From contig OZ024751.1 in NCBI GenBank assembly GCA_964016885.1, positions 36,952,001-37,016,000 on the forward strand: a stretch of DNA of 64,000 bases, read 5' to 3'. Positions 1 through 13,540 of the stretch are shown piece by piece. Each line of letters opens with the position of its first letter. Within the stretch, counting starts at the first letter, position 1. The translations under genes and the position numbers were made by a program. A model generated the notes under the pieces. That model was given only the letters and a program-made list of their open reading frames with translations, had not been told where the DNA came from and ran no database searches. This DNA is from Eledone cirrhosa. Lineage: Eukaryota.

Positions 1-41
1 GAATAAGATGCTAATCTATTCTTGCTCAAGAAATAATCTGA

Positions 42-117
42 TATGACCCATCATGGATAGATAATATAACCCATCATAGACAGAGAAGATGACCCATCAT
101 GGACAGAGAATATGACC
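42..117. repeat. Short tandem repeat, ~21-24 bp unit (atgacccatcatggacagagaa), ~3 copies
   Basis: The unit is visible three times with a few substitutions. Confidence 0.75.
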
Positions 118-527
118 AGCACCTTTCTGCTGACCCACTCTTGAGTAAATACTCGAGGCAAAGAAATAAACAGACCACCAAGACAATTAAATAACAAAGA
201 AACCAAAACCACAACAAAAAATAACAATCTAACAAGCATTATTCCATGCAGTAATAGGTCGTAAAATTCAACGTTTTGAAGAGTAACTTGAAAGCGAATA
301 TCACTACTGGTTCTTTAACGAATGATTTCGGGAAATCAGGATCAAAGAATGTTGAATAAACACGTGAGAAGTGTTACTAGCTGAGGTTTACATATAGCAC
401 GGACATTGGAGAGATATATTTCCTGTGTTCTTTTTGTAAATTTGAGAATACATATAGACACACACAAACACATATATATAAATATATATACATACATATT
501 TACACGCACACACACACACATATACAT

Positions 528-581
<54 letters not shown>

Positions 582-802
582 ATACATACAAATATATAGA
601 CATATATTATTTATTCAAGCTAACAACTTAGAGAGAAATTCAATCTTCTGAATTGCTGTATATAAATAAATTATATTTTCTACCACATGGTTGCCATTTA
701 TATACACCTAAATATACACCTATATTTACATCCTTTTTTTCATTATTTCTCTTTCATATCTTTTCACACCGCTCAAAAAATATGTATACATACACACATA
801 CA

Positions 803-859
<57 letters not shown>

Positions 860-897
860 CACCACCAACACCACCACCACCACCACTACTACTACTT

Positions 898-966
<69 letters not shown>
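803..966. repeat. Compound (CTA)n/(CCA)n microsatellite
   Basis: Read directly. It explains the poly-Y/T/S ORFs in the ORF track. Confidence 0.95.
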
Positions 967-1863
967 TTGCTATTGCTATGTTTACTTATATGTGTGTGTG
1001 TTAAAATATATCGAGAGAGTGAGTGAGTGTGAAGGCACGTAGCTTTGTGGTTAGGGTATTCGGTTGAAGATATTACAATAATGATAATCCCGAAGGTCAA
1101 ATGTAGATATTCATAATTCCCAGGAAACATCAAATTTGTCAGTTTCCTTGTCAATTGCCTGTATTGGATTAGCAAAATACAAACTTTTTACCTAAGATGC
1201 TGCCTGATGACGTCGCGTTGGGGGTTGCGTAATCATAGCATCACTTACAATTTGAAATGAATAGTCTGTAGCGTATTAGTTTCAGTGCAGTCCAGTAGAA
1301 GCCTTTATCATTTCTACAGACATCTCATTTCAAAATGTTCGTACTTCTATTATAAGTATTGAGAACTATTTCTTTAATTAAAATTCAAAACTGATCCATA
1401 AGGAAAATGTTTTTAATATCCTAATTTTCCTCGGAATTTTTAATTTTTTCCCCAATTAATTAAAACTCACAGACCATATAGTTGTTGAAAATTGCATTCC
1501 CTACAAATGTTAAACATAGAAAACCCTTATGAAACACTGACTGAGCAGCAGTTGATTCGTTTTACTGAAACTTTCTTCTACGCCATTCAGTTCAATGAAC
1601 GAGAGGTCGGGAACGAGGGTTTGAACGGCAAAGCTTTACGTTCGAGGATCTGAGTAACCTCTTCTTCACCTAATATTTCTGGTATTTAATGTCTGACTGA
1701 TTATATTAATTCCATCTCTTTTGACATCTTGACTTTAACACTCCCATCTTCATGCACCCTTCTTGATACCATAACTAAAGACCCACATATCGACATACAA
1801 ATATTTGGATGTATAAATATCTATGTGCATTACACAACGATAGTTATTTACACATCGAAATCA

Positions 1864-1967
<104 letters not shown>

Positions 1968-2260
1968 GTCTGTGTGTGTATGTGTGTGTCTGTGTGTTTG
2001 TACACTCGCCGTTTACATATGCATATATTCATACATACGTCTCTACATGCACACATACATACACACACACACACATACATACACACACACACACATACAT
2101 ACACACATACATACATACATACATATCATGTAAATTGTTTGAAAATAAATGCCCGCCATGGATGTGACACTCGCGGTGATCTTAACTGACCTGCAAATAT
2201 GACATTTTACCGAGGAAGCTATTTGATTGATATTTGTCATTTAAGAAACACCCACCCAGA

Positions 2261-2361
<101 letters not shown>

Positions 2362-2791
2362 GCACACACACACATACACACACAGACATATAGGTGCGAG
2401 GAACAGAAGGGGTTTTAGCCATCATAATATATTAGTCAGTTTCACTGACCAGCCGAAGGATCTGTCGAACGAGTGGACAAACAAACAGTTGATTACTGTG
2501 CAACTTGACCTGCGCCTTCTTTGGCCTCTCCCCCATCCTCACTCTAGCCCCTTAATCATCCTTCTCTTCTCTGACCCCCTTCTCATTATCTATACTATCC
2601 TAGATAGCTATCTCTCTCCCTCTCTGTTAGAGGGACATTCTTTCCTTTGTTGATATATTTGTTGTTGTTATTTTATTTTTTACTCGATCACATGAAAACC
2701 ACCACCCACTCTACATACAACGTTGGGTGTCTCATCTTTGCGCCGTCCTAATCATGTGAATACCATTGTGACAAATGTAGACATTATATGT

Positions 2792-2966
2792 ATTGGCAGT
2801 ATCGGTAGCGGGTCTGACACCATGTTTTCGGCAAAGAGTTACGGCCCTTTATGGTCTGAGTTCAAATCCCGCCGAGGTTTACTTCGCCTTTCATCCATAC
2901 TGGGTCGATAAAATAAAGTACCAGTAATGCACTGGAATAATTGCTGGCCTTGTGCCAATAGTAGAA
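2792..2966 (+). mobile_element. tRNA-derived SINE, family S1 (short-tail variant)
   Basis: A-box-like TGGCAGTATCGG, B-box GAGTTCAAATCC, central GAGGTT-ACTT-GCCTTTCATCC...GGTCGATAAAATAAAGTACCAG, and tail GCTGGCCTTGTGCC. It recurs about 20 times in the window. Confidence 0.9.
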
Positions 2967-2984
2967 TGAATAATTATTATTATT

Positions 2985-3187
2985 GATGGCAGTACTGGTA
3001 GAGGGCGGAACAACATGCTTTGTGGTATAGAGTTACGGCACTTTACGTTCTGAGTTCAAATTCCGCCGAGGTTAACTTTGCCTTTCATCCTTACGGGGTC
3101 AATAAAATAAAGTACCAGTTTAGCACTGGGGGTCGATTCAATTGACCTTCCCCTCCACAAAAATAGCTGGCCTTGTGCCTAAATCAG
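2985..3187 (+). mobile_element. SINE S1, long-tail variant, in tandem behind the previous copy
   Basis: Same head and core, with an extra segment GGGGGTCGATTCAATTGACCTTCCCCTCCACAAAAAT before GCTGGCCTTGTGCC. Confidence 0.88.
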
Positions 3188-3294
3188 GCACCATGCATGG
3201 TTCCGTAACCCCTGGAGGAGTCACAGATTTCTTCTAGAGACGGATAGAGTGAGCGAGAGAATCAGATACTGAGGAAGAATTGACTGAGTATTAG

Positions 3295-3385
3295 TCTGGT
3301 ATTTTTCACCTCGAATGGATGAAAGACAAAGCTGACCTCGGCGGGATTTGAACTCAGAGTGCAGTGAGCCGAAAACAATACTGCA
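3295..3385 (-). mobile_element. SINE S1 fragment, inverted
   Basis: GGATGAAAGACAAAGCTGACCTCGGCGGGATTTGAACTCAG is the reverse complement of the S1 core and B-box. Confidence 0.8.
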
Positions 3386-4195
3386 GTAGGTCCCGTGGAA
3401 TGCCGTCGTATGCCTTCTGCAAGTCTATGAAGCAAGCATACACCCCTTGACAATACTCCCAGGATTTCTCAAAGACCTGCCCCAGTGTGTTTTGTAAACA
3501 TCTAAAAGAGGAAATGTTAGAAACATCATGTATCTCTAATATAAAGGGATGTGATGCTCATGGCTAGAACGCCTTTGAACATAGCTATATCCAATCATGA
3601 CTGACCTAGGGCTAAACAAAAACAACAACTTCACCAAGAATAAGGAGCAAACTAGGTGCTGAAGGGTATTTCGTCCGGTTTATTAACTTCTATCTCCCAG
3701 TAATAGAAAAAAAAGGAGCTTACAATAACAATGTTAGAAGCAAATAAAAGCAGCTGTGTCTATAGACACTGTGATCTCCCAATGGGTCCTAGCAACTCAA
3801 GTTGACCCCTATAGTACTTACTCTACTGACTGGTTGGTTGATTGGTTGGTCGGTTGACTGGCTGGTATTAATTTACATTATCTAGTGCATACCTCTTGAC
3901 CATGACCAGCACTGTATAGATAGAAGTAACATAACTACATCCGGATGTGTGGTGGTGATTTGGTGATGTTAATACACACACCTACATACACAAACACACA
4001 TACTTACACATATACACCCAAACATACCTACACACATGCTTACACATATACACTCAAAGAAACACACACATAAACGTAGATAAACAGAAACACAAATCCA
4101 TATATACACACACCTTTAGGATGAAGTCTTACACCAGTTGTTTGTTTTTTTACAAAATGTGCTACTTTAGACATCAGAACATGTGTTTTTGTGTG

Positions 4196-4282
<87 letters not shown>

Positions 4283-4444
4283 ATGAGAATGGCATAAGAA
4301 GTCTTGTTTAACATCACTTTAGGCCTTAATAACCTTACATGGTTAAACTAATTCCTGACTATAAAATATTGATGCTATTGCTGTGAAATCTTTCATGCAT
4401 TAATTTCAACCTTTCTTATTAATAACTACTCTCTTTTTTTCCAG

Positions 4445-4565
4445 GGACTATGCTGAAAAATACACATCATTTGGTGATTCCATGAGAGTATCTTTGTCAG
4501 CCTATGGACTTTCCAGCCGAGCCTCGCATATCAACTGCGAAATTTTAGTCATTTTACAAATCTAG
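4445..4565 (+). CDS. Candidate terminal coding exon of an unidentified gene (..DYAEKYTSFGDSMRVSLSAYGLSSRASHINCEILVILQI*)
   Basis: Strong polypyrimidine tract plus CAG acceptor (ctctctttttttccag|G at 4444/4445), followed by 39 open codons in non-repetitive sequence. No upstream partner exon identified. Confidence 0.35.
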
Positions 4566-4696
4566 AAATATGCTGTGTTCTCCACCCCTCCCCCATTTCT
4601 AATACATTACAACATCATTTTAAGATAATGTGGCATTCCTAGCTTCCTTTACTCTGACTGTAATTTTACCATTGCTTACTGAATAACAACAAAGGG

Positions 4697-4908
4697 AGCG
4701 GTGAAAAACAATTACGCGCAAAGACAGAACCACGTTTATGGTATAAAAGAAGTCGTAGACAAATGTTCTTTTAGGTGGTTCATAGAGACGTTCTCTGGCA
4801 ATGAACGGAAAAAACGAAGATAATACGTCATATGTGGAGCGTGGAGAACAATTGCACGCAAAGATAAAACCACGTAAATGGTATAGCTGAAGTCGTAGAC
4901 TAAAATTC
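4697..4908. repeat. Degenerate direct duplication of a ~70-bp segment (copies ~140 bp apart)
   Basis: gagcggtgaaaaacaatt...gaagtcgtagac at ~4697-4770 versus gagcgtggagaacaatt...gaagtcgtagac at ~4837-4908. Confidence 0.75.
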
Positions 4909-4966
4909 TAACTAGGAAACCGAATGAATCTCCGCTTCAGAGTTAAGAATAAAGTAAATAAAATAC
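4909..4966. repeat. Unclassified interspersed repeat fragment (second copy at 54024-54081)
   Basis: taactaggaaaccgaatga-tctc-gcttcagagttaagaataaagtaaataaaatac is nearly identical at both loci. Confidence 0.8.
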
Positions 4967-5827
4967 AATACAGAGGTAATAGAAATTAAATAAATACATA
5001 CACGCATGCAAATACGTACATACACAAGCATTCGCGAAAACACTTGCCATAGGTATACAAATCCACTCACATATAAATGTGTGTGTGTATGCGTGTATAC
5101 AAATAAATAAATAATTAAATAAACGTATATAAATAAATAAATACGTATACAACAAGCACACACACATACCTACATGTAAATACACAAATGTTCGGAGACG
5201 TAAGTCAACCAAAACATGAAGTACACATATACACACAACCTACATATGTACGAACCTGCATACTCACACAGACGCAAAACTCCCGTATACACATAACCAA
5301 ACCATATGTACAAAGAATATATAAAAAATTATACGCCATAACACATACAATCAAATATACGTACGAGAAAGTATACGTACCTTCACAAAACATACAGGTA
5401 ATATATACTTACCTATGCAAATAAGTAATGGTATAAACAATGGTATATAAACATATACTTAGCTCCCACATCAAGACGTAAAATATCCACGTATAGATCG
5501 TACTATCCGTTAGGGTATAAAGTGGGGCTGTAATACAGGAAAGTTTTGTGCAATTTATGTTTACAAGCCGAAATTGCCTCAGATTTTTTGTTTAAGATGT
5601 GGTCTGTGGCGTAGAGTATTTCCAGGGCCTCAGCGGCGCAGAGGTCATATGGTCTTTTATTTCCGTTATACGATCAAGCCCTAGCTAGGATCTCCCAGTG
5701 TAACTAATATTGGGTGTGGTTGTCTTTTAGACTCCAGATATAAGCTGAAAGTGACGTCATATTCCTTCTTAGAGGGTAACGAAAAGAATGGGTATGCATG
5801 TAAAAACGCTGCTTGAATATATATATG

Positions 5828-5915
5828 TTGGAGATGCAGGACATGGCAGCGATAATGAGGGACAGAGACCGCTGGAGAGAACTCGTCCATGGATCTCGGG
5901 AATTTTACCCGCCTT

Positions 5916-5917
<2 letters not shown>
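5828..5917 (+). mobile_element. Extreme 3' fragment of an RTE-clade LINE inside (TA)n
   Basis: Near-identical to 22053-22143 (..[24 protein letters not shown]). TA runs on both sides. Confidence 0.8.
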
Positions 5918-5992
<75 letters not shown>

Positions 5993-6021
5993 CACATGTA
6001 TGTACTTATGTATATACCTTT

Positions 6022-6073
<52 letters not shown>

Positions 6074-6080
<7 letters not shown>

Positions 6081-6265
6081 AACAGAAATAACAACACAAT
6101 CGGTACAATATATGGAAGGGATATGTTAGGTTAACGCTTGATATAGCAGGAAAAGGGTGTTAACGTTTCGGACGCTAGTCCTTCATCAGAAGAAAGAATG
6201 AGAAATAAGATAGATTGAGGGGACGGGTGGGTTGGAATTGAAAAAAATGTCTTTAGATAAAAATA
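6074..6265 (-). mobile_element. Penelope-like terminal-repeat remnant (family C) with hammerhead-like core
   Basis: The minus strand at 6161-6189 reads CTGATGA-A-GGAC-TAGC-GTCC-GAAACGTTA. A homologous copy lies at 40377-40600. It ends TTTACCTTA at a (TA)n tract. Confidence 0.65.
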
Positions 6266-6377
6266 ACAGGTCCATTGCGTGTATGTATGTATATGTATGT
6301 ATATGTGTGTGTATGTATATGTATATATGTATGTACGTATATGTGTGTGTATGTATATGTATGTATATGTGTGTGTG

Positions 6378-6409
<32 letters not shown>

Positions 6410-6927
6410 TGTATGTATGTATGTATGTATGTATTATATATATATATGTATGTACATATCCATACAGGTGGATTTCTCCTATTGTAGGATGTACTATATT
6501 ACTATATACACACAAGGGGGATGTAAACACACATACTATATATATATACAACCGGATGAACTTTTACCTACCATTCAAAAACAATGGGGACAGAGAGAAA
6601 AACCCTTTAAGGTCAATGTTCCCTTTCAAGAGATGCCTTAAATTTTAAAAGATGTTATTTATGGAACAGATCAACATAACAATGTTCCATTGCAGGGTCC
6701 ACGGCCTTTTATTTAAAGGTTCTTTATGTTATTGAGAGAAAACTTTGGTGAAAAGGGATTTAAACAAACCAGGGAACAGATGTATTTAGGAAGACTTCTT
6801 GTCATCCGAAGCCCCTTTTTACCTCCTGGGCTATCAATACATCCATCTCTCTGTTTATCTGTCTATCCACATAACCCTTAAACTGTCTATCTATCTATCT
6901 ATCTTTTTTTGTAATTATGTATATATA

Positions 6928-6984
<57 letters not shown>

Positions 6985-7166
6985 AGTAAATATACATGTA
7001 TATATTACGTCGATAAGCATAAATATATATTCATACACACGCGTATATATATACACACACACACACATATATATATATACACACACACACACATATATAT
7101 ACACACACACACACATATATATATATACACACACACACATATATATACACACACACACATATATAT

Positions 7167-7241
<75 letters not shown>

Positions 7242-7420
7242 TGTATATGTATGAATAAATATAATAATTCATGCATACATTTGTATGTACGTACATATAC
7301 ATACAGGCATGTATGTATGTATGTATATATATATATATGAATATGAATATATATATATATATATATGAATATGAGTATATATATATATATATATATGAAT
7401 ATGAATATATATATATATAA

Positions 7421-7526
<106 letters not shown>

Positions 7527-7650
7527 GCGTGTGTATGTATGTGTGTGTATATATATATGTAAGATTTCGGTTAATATTTCGCCGGGTGAAAATGTTAACA
7601 AGATTTGAGTAAATAAACATATAATACGTGAGGGACCAACTGATACTATT

Positions 7651-7838
<188 letters not shown>

Positions 7839-8082
7839 ACATATGATAGGAAGAGGGACCGACTGAGGAAGTTTGTGTTGAAAGGTACAGATGTTGCTCA
7901 TCTGTGTGAGAAGGGACATCAATCTAAGTAGGGCTGTATATGGTTAAGGAGAGGCTAAAATAACAATAGGTCATGAAACAATAACCTCACTCCTCTCTAC
8001 TACAGACTCAACGTAATTTATTCCGTACAACTTGTCTATTTCCGCCTACACTCTCTTCTCTTATTATATATCTACCTACTAA

Positions 8083-8270
8083 GGGAGGTGACTTGGCAGT
8101 AACGGTAGAGTGTCGGATGTCATGCTTTCCAGTATAGTTACGTCCCTTTACGGTCTGAGTTCAAATCCCGTCGAGGTTAACTTTACCTTTCATCCTTACG
8201 GGGTCGATAAAATAATGAACGAGTAATGCACTGGGTAATTGCAGACCTTGTGCCAAAAGTAGAAACAATT
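8083..8270 (+). mobile_element. SINE S1, full length
   Basis: A/B boxes, core and tail GTAGAAACAATT. Flanked by the direct repeat tatatctaccta. Confidence 0.9.
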
Positions 8271-8364
8271 TTATATCTACCTATCTAAAGTTTTTGTCTG
8301 TCTGTCTCTGAGTAGGTCTCCTTCTTTCGCTCTCTCTCGCTATATATATATATATATATATATG

Positions 8365-8561
8365 TAACAAAGGAATTGTGGTAAGGAACCAGATGGACCA
8401 TAACGCACCAGAGTACTCAATACTTAGGGTAGTAGAGTGCAAAATATGAAAAATTATAACCCCGACGGCAGAGCTCAAGCCGTTTAGACGGCTATTTCTG
8501 GACTCCAGAAATAGCCGTCGAAACGGCTTGAGCTCTGCCGATCGGGTCATACTTTTTCCTA
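8365..8561 (-). mobile_element. Hairpin element family A, diverged variant
   Basis: Tail (GGTAAGGAACCAGATGGACCATAACGCACCAGAGTACTCAATACTTAGGG) plus a long inverted repeat centred near 8503. (TA)n on both sides. Confidence 0.85.
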
Positions 8562-8804
8562 TATATATACATATCATTTGATAATGCATAAAAATGCTGA
8601 AACCGGTAATAGACAATAATTAAATATATAAATAGATAAATAAATGCCATTGTTAAATAATAAATAAATCAACTAATACCTTAACACTTCACACAAAGTA
8701 AAACATTTCGTTTTAATCATTTTCTAACCCAGAAAAAAGAGAGAGAGAAATGAAAAAGGAAAAAAAAATATCTTTCTTCCTAATAATCGTCTCTTTCTCC
8801 CTGT

Positions 8805-8847
<43 letters not shown>

Positions 8848-8852
<5 letters not shown>

Positions 8853-8913
8853 GGAAGAAATGAAACGAAATTTCATTTCCCACTCTTACGTCTGTATACA
8901 TATATGTATGTAC

Positions 8914-8985
<72 letters not shown>

Positions 8986-9063
8986 AAGTATGTATACGTA
9001 CATACATATATGTATACAGACGTAAGAGTGGGAAATGAAATTTCGTTTCATTTCTTCCGTTTA
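8848..9063. repeat. Perfect ~71-bp inverted repeat around a (TA)n spacer
   Basis: taaacggaagaaatgaaacg...tacgtata (8848-8918) and its exact reverse complement (8993-9063). Confidence 0.92.
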
Positions 9064-9070
9064 TATATAT

Positions 9071-9177
<107 letters not shown>

Positions 9178-9260
9178 ATGAAGCAGTTAGGACCGTCAAA
9201 CAGAGATCCGAACCCAGACATAACCAGAACAAACCCAAGCAGTCTTTCAAAATAATTCAT

Positions 9261-9340
9261 TAGGAAATCATCTGGGGTTTCCTGATGATTTCTGTTGAAT
9301 AAAATAGTTCTAGTTCTGTAGAAGCCTTTCTATATTAAAC
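9261..9340 (+). mobile_element. Family B fragment (Penelope-like terminal remnant)
   Basis: cctgatgatttc...agttctagttctgtagaagcctttctatattaaa matches 11378-11563 and 31590-31735. Confidence 0.6.
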
Positions 9341-9683
9341 ATGCTATTTATAATCTTCACATGTGTTAGATGTAATATTACAAAGGCGCTATAAATGTAA
9401 TAATCCCTTCAGTTAAATTCAGAAGAACTTTGCATATGCCTTTACTCTTTTGTTTGTTTGAGAAACCAGACAAACTTATAACAAAAACGTGCATACTATA
9501 GAGATTCCAATCTGTATTGTAGTTTAGCAAGGGTGTATTTCGCTTTTTGTCTTTTCACAAATTCCTTCTCGTGTTTTGTAAGTGAAGTGGACTTTAAGGA
9601 GCTCTCATGTTTAGTTCCCCTGTTTACATTTGAATTAACATACGTACATTGCAGACATCATTACAATAGGAACAGCCTCTGGT

Positions 9684-9725
<42 letters not shown>

Positions 9726-9796
9726 GCGTGCGTCTCTGCATGTGTATGCGTGTTTGTATTTATCTATACATCGATGTAATGTATGTATGTACACGT

Positions 9797-9896
<100 letters not shown>

Positions 9897-11065
9897 TATG
9901 TTAGTTTGGCACCAGAACACTGAACAGTGTCTTCGGGGAGTCAACATTTGAAATAAAACTCATATGAATGCATGGAGTTCCTTGTAAACTCTATATGGTG
10001 GAACGAAGATGGCCTGATGGGACATTCAATTATTCAAAGTTTGATTTATTTCATCAATCCCAGAGGTGGGTGGCTAATTAATAGCTGTCATCAAACGGTG
10101 GCAACAAATCTGACATTCTCGACGGTGAGATTAGAACTCAGATAGTAAAAATATCTCATCTGGCCCTACAGTAATTCTGCCAAGTCCTCACCCGTAAATA
10201 TTAATGCCCTTGAATGGACAAATATTATCTTAATGAAACCACTGCAATAGAGCTAATGATGTCATCAGTGTGGTTTAAACTCAGAATGTTAAGCGCCATT
10301 ACTAAATACCTGAAGACATTTTGTCCGATGATGTAACTAATTCTGCCAATCCAATACTTTTGTTAACCCACCGCACTTAAATATTAACGTCCCTGAGTGG
10401 ATGAACAAATATAAACTGTAATCAAACATGGCATGCGTGCAAACATGGTCGATCCCAGTTATAATAATTCATTATTGTGGTGACATTTAAAAACCAGAAC
10501 TGAAATGCAACACGTAACAAAAATCATATCCAGAAAATTTAGAGGAGCAAAAAGTAACGAATTGAATTCAATAATTTCGCGCAGGAATTGACACTGAGCC
10601 TGAAGAAATAAATGTAAAAAATAAAAATTCAGAAATCCGTTGCTATTGACTTCTCGGACCTAATATCAACAGTTTTTAATAAAATTGTCATAGGTTAATG
10701 CATTCCTGAACCAGAAGCTGTTTCTAAAACGATGATTTTAAGGTAAAATAAATGTCAATGTTGATTTAATCAATGATGAGAAATTGAACCAGCTTCCACG
10801 AATTATACATTTATTACTCAGGCATGATAAAATTAGAGTTCGTGGTGACCCGTCCAGTTTTACACCCTGATATTTAAGTACTTTGGTATCATTGATTTAA
10901 CCATTTTGTTACCATATTTCTAATGTGATTCAATTACTGTTTAAAATAATATAAAATATAATATATACGAAGAACATATGATTAGAAAACGGCGAACGGA
11001 GTGTGAGAATTGAATTAGATTTTACCGTAACTTTGATTAAATAAAATAGCACGTAATATGCAGAT

Positions 11066-11175
11066 CAGGGCCGGATTTAACGAGGGGCAAAGAAGGCAAT
11101 TGCCCGGGCCCCTCTGCATTGGGGCACCACACCAGTGAGCGCCGTAGAAAATTATTTTTGCCCTCTGCCGGGCTT
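11066..11175 (+). mobile_element. Probable hAT-type DNA transposon end fragment
   Basis: GC-rich island starting CAGGGCCGGATTTA...GGGCAA...GGCAATTGCCCGGGCCCC, a typical hAT/Tip100-like terminus. No matching right TIR found. Confidence 0.5.
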
Positions 11176-11290
11176 TAAAGTATTAGATTGGTTAGAATGG
11201 TTTGAATTTAATACCTCTATCTATAACATTTCAATTCCAATTACTTGCGCCAAGCTAACTTTAATATGTAAAATTGTGGGTTTGCTGTGT

Positions 11291-11377
<87 letters not shown>

Positions 11378-11379
<2 letters not shown>

Positions 11380-11563
11380 AGGTAAGTTTATCCCGGGTTC
11401 AATCGGGGGTAATTAAGGTACTCAATACATTACAGATTATTTAATATAGAAAGGCTTCTACAGGACTAGAACTGTTTCATTCGGTAGAAATCATCAGGAA
11501 GCCAATGATGATTTCAAGGCTTACTGATTATTTCTACCGAATGAAACAGTTCTAGTCCTGTAG
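11378..11563 (-). mobile_element. Hairpin element family B
   Basis: (TA)n, then a tail containing GTACTCAATA, then 40-bp inverted arms (11458-11497 / 11524-11563, 1 mismatch) carrying CTGAT(G/T)A-N12-GAAAC. Confidence 0.75.
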
Positions 11564-12034
11564 TATTTTCTCTCTCTTGAGTTTTTATATCTGTATGATG
11601 ACTTATTATCTCTCTGTTGCTTTCCTTTGTTTTTCTTATTTCTTCCTTATTTCTTGCTTTTTTCTTTCTTTTTATTTCCTCCTATCTATTTATCTCTTTC
11701 TTTTCTACATACATTTCTCTCTCTCTCCGATATTTCTCCAGGTTTTCTTTTTCTCTCTCTCCTTCTCCCTCTCCGTTTTTTTCTTTCTTTCTCTCCGTCT
11801 TTTTCTAATTGTGCTTAACACTATAACTAATAAAATAATATAAACATTTCACTATCCAGACAGCTTCCAAAAAGAATGGTTGCATTTAATAGGGTACGTC
11901 AAAATTATTTATAAAACTGTTTATATATTGTATTTTGTCTGATGAAGGCATACCATATTTTAATTTGGTATCCCTGAAATATGTATAATGAAATAAATAT
12001 GGTTTTATAAATATAGTTTCCATTTATTAATATC

Positions 12035-12191
<157 letters not shown>

Positions 12192-13540
12192 ATCTCTCTT
12201 TCGTACGAAACTTCATTGATTGCATTTCAACTCTATTTCTATTTTACCGATTCTAGTAATACATTTAAACACGCCTGCACACAAATACACACAATCATAG
12301 ATGGTTGTACTCACACGTACACACATCCCAGACACAAACTCGAATACAAGCAGAAACCCGACAACAAAAATATGCACACATATACACATTCATGAACGCA
12401 TACATAGTCACAAACACACGTTTGCACTCACATACAATATACAACATACATAAATACATGCACAGGCACTCACATACACACATTCACATTCAGACACACC
12501 TTCACACGCACCCAAACATACATACAGAAGCACTCACATACACACATTCACATTCACACACACCTTCACACGCACGCACACATACATACACCGTCACTCA
12601 CATACACATTTACACACACACATCTTCACACGCACCCAAACATACATACACAAGCACTCACATACACACATTCACATTCACACACACCTTCACCCGCACG
12701 CACACATACATACACCGTCACTCACATACACATTTACACACACACACATCTTCACACGCACCCAAACATACATACACACATATGTTCACATATGCTAACT
12801 GTTAAGACAACATATTTTCAATGTATGCTCCCGGCTTATGTTTCACACTTGTTTCCATAATAAACGCTAGTGTTCGTTTTATTCATAACACTATTCAAGA
12901 ATACTCTTTAGTCTTTATTCGCATCCAAAATCCCAAATCTCTCTCACGGCAACACACATATCATTAAACCTATACTCCACTAAAGGCTTTCTACCTTTCG
13001 TTTTTCATTATAATTTTTATTATTTTCATTATTATTCCAGCAGCTTCCATTTATAAAACTCTCAACGATATTAACTCTTCCATCCCTGACACCGCCATTA
13101 CACTAACTCTACGAACATTTTCTTTTAGAAGCCGTTTTTGTTTAACCGCCATTATTGTCGACCGGTTGCCACCTTTCTATTCATTCTTGTTGTTGTTATT
13201 GTTGTTGTTATCGTTGATGTTGTCATTGCTGTTGTTGTTATTGTTGTAGTTGTTGCCGTTGTACTTTTTTTTCTTCATTGTTGAGAGCGATATGGCTGTG
13301 TTATTGTAAATCTGGTTTCCGTCTATAGTGTTGTTGATGTTGTTGTTGTTGTTGCTGATATGTTCGTGGTTTCGAGGGTAATGTTAAAGCTGTTGATAAT
13401 TTTGGTATTTGTTCTTATTGTTGTTATTGTTGTTGTAGTTGTGTTGTTGTAGTTTTTTCGTTGGGGTTGAGAGCATTAAGGCTATGTTGTTGTAAAACAT
13501 GGTCGCCATCTATGTTGCAGTAGTTGTCGTAGTTGTGGTT

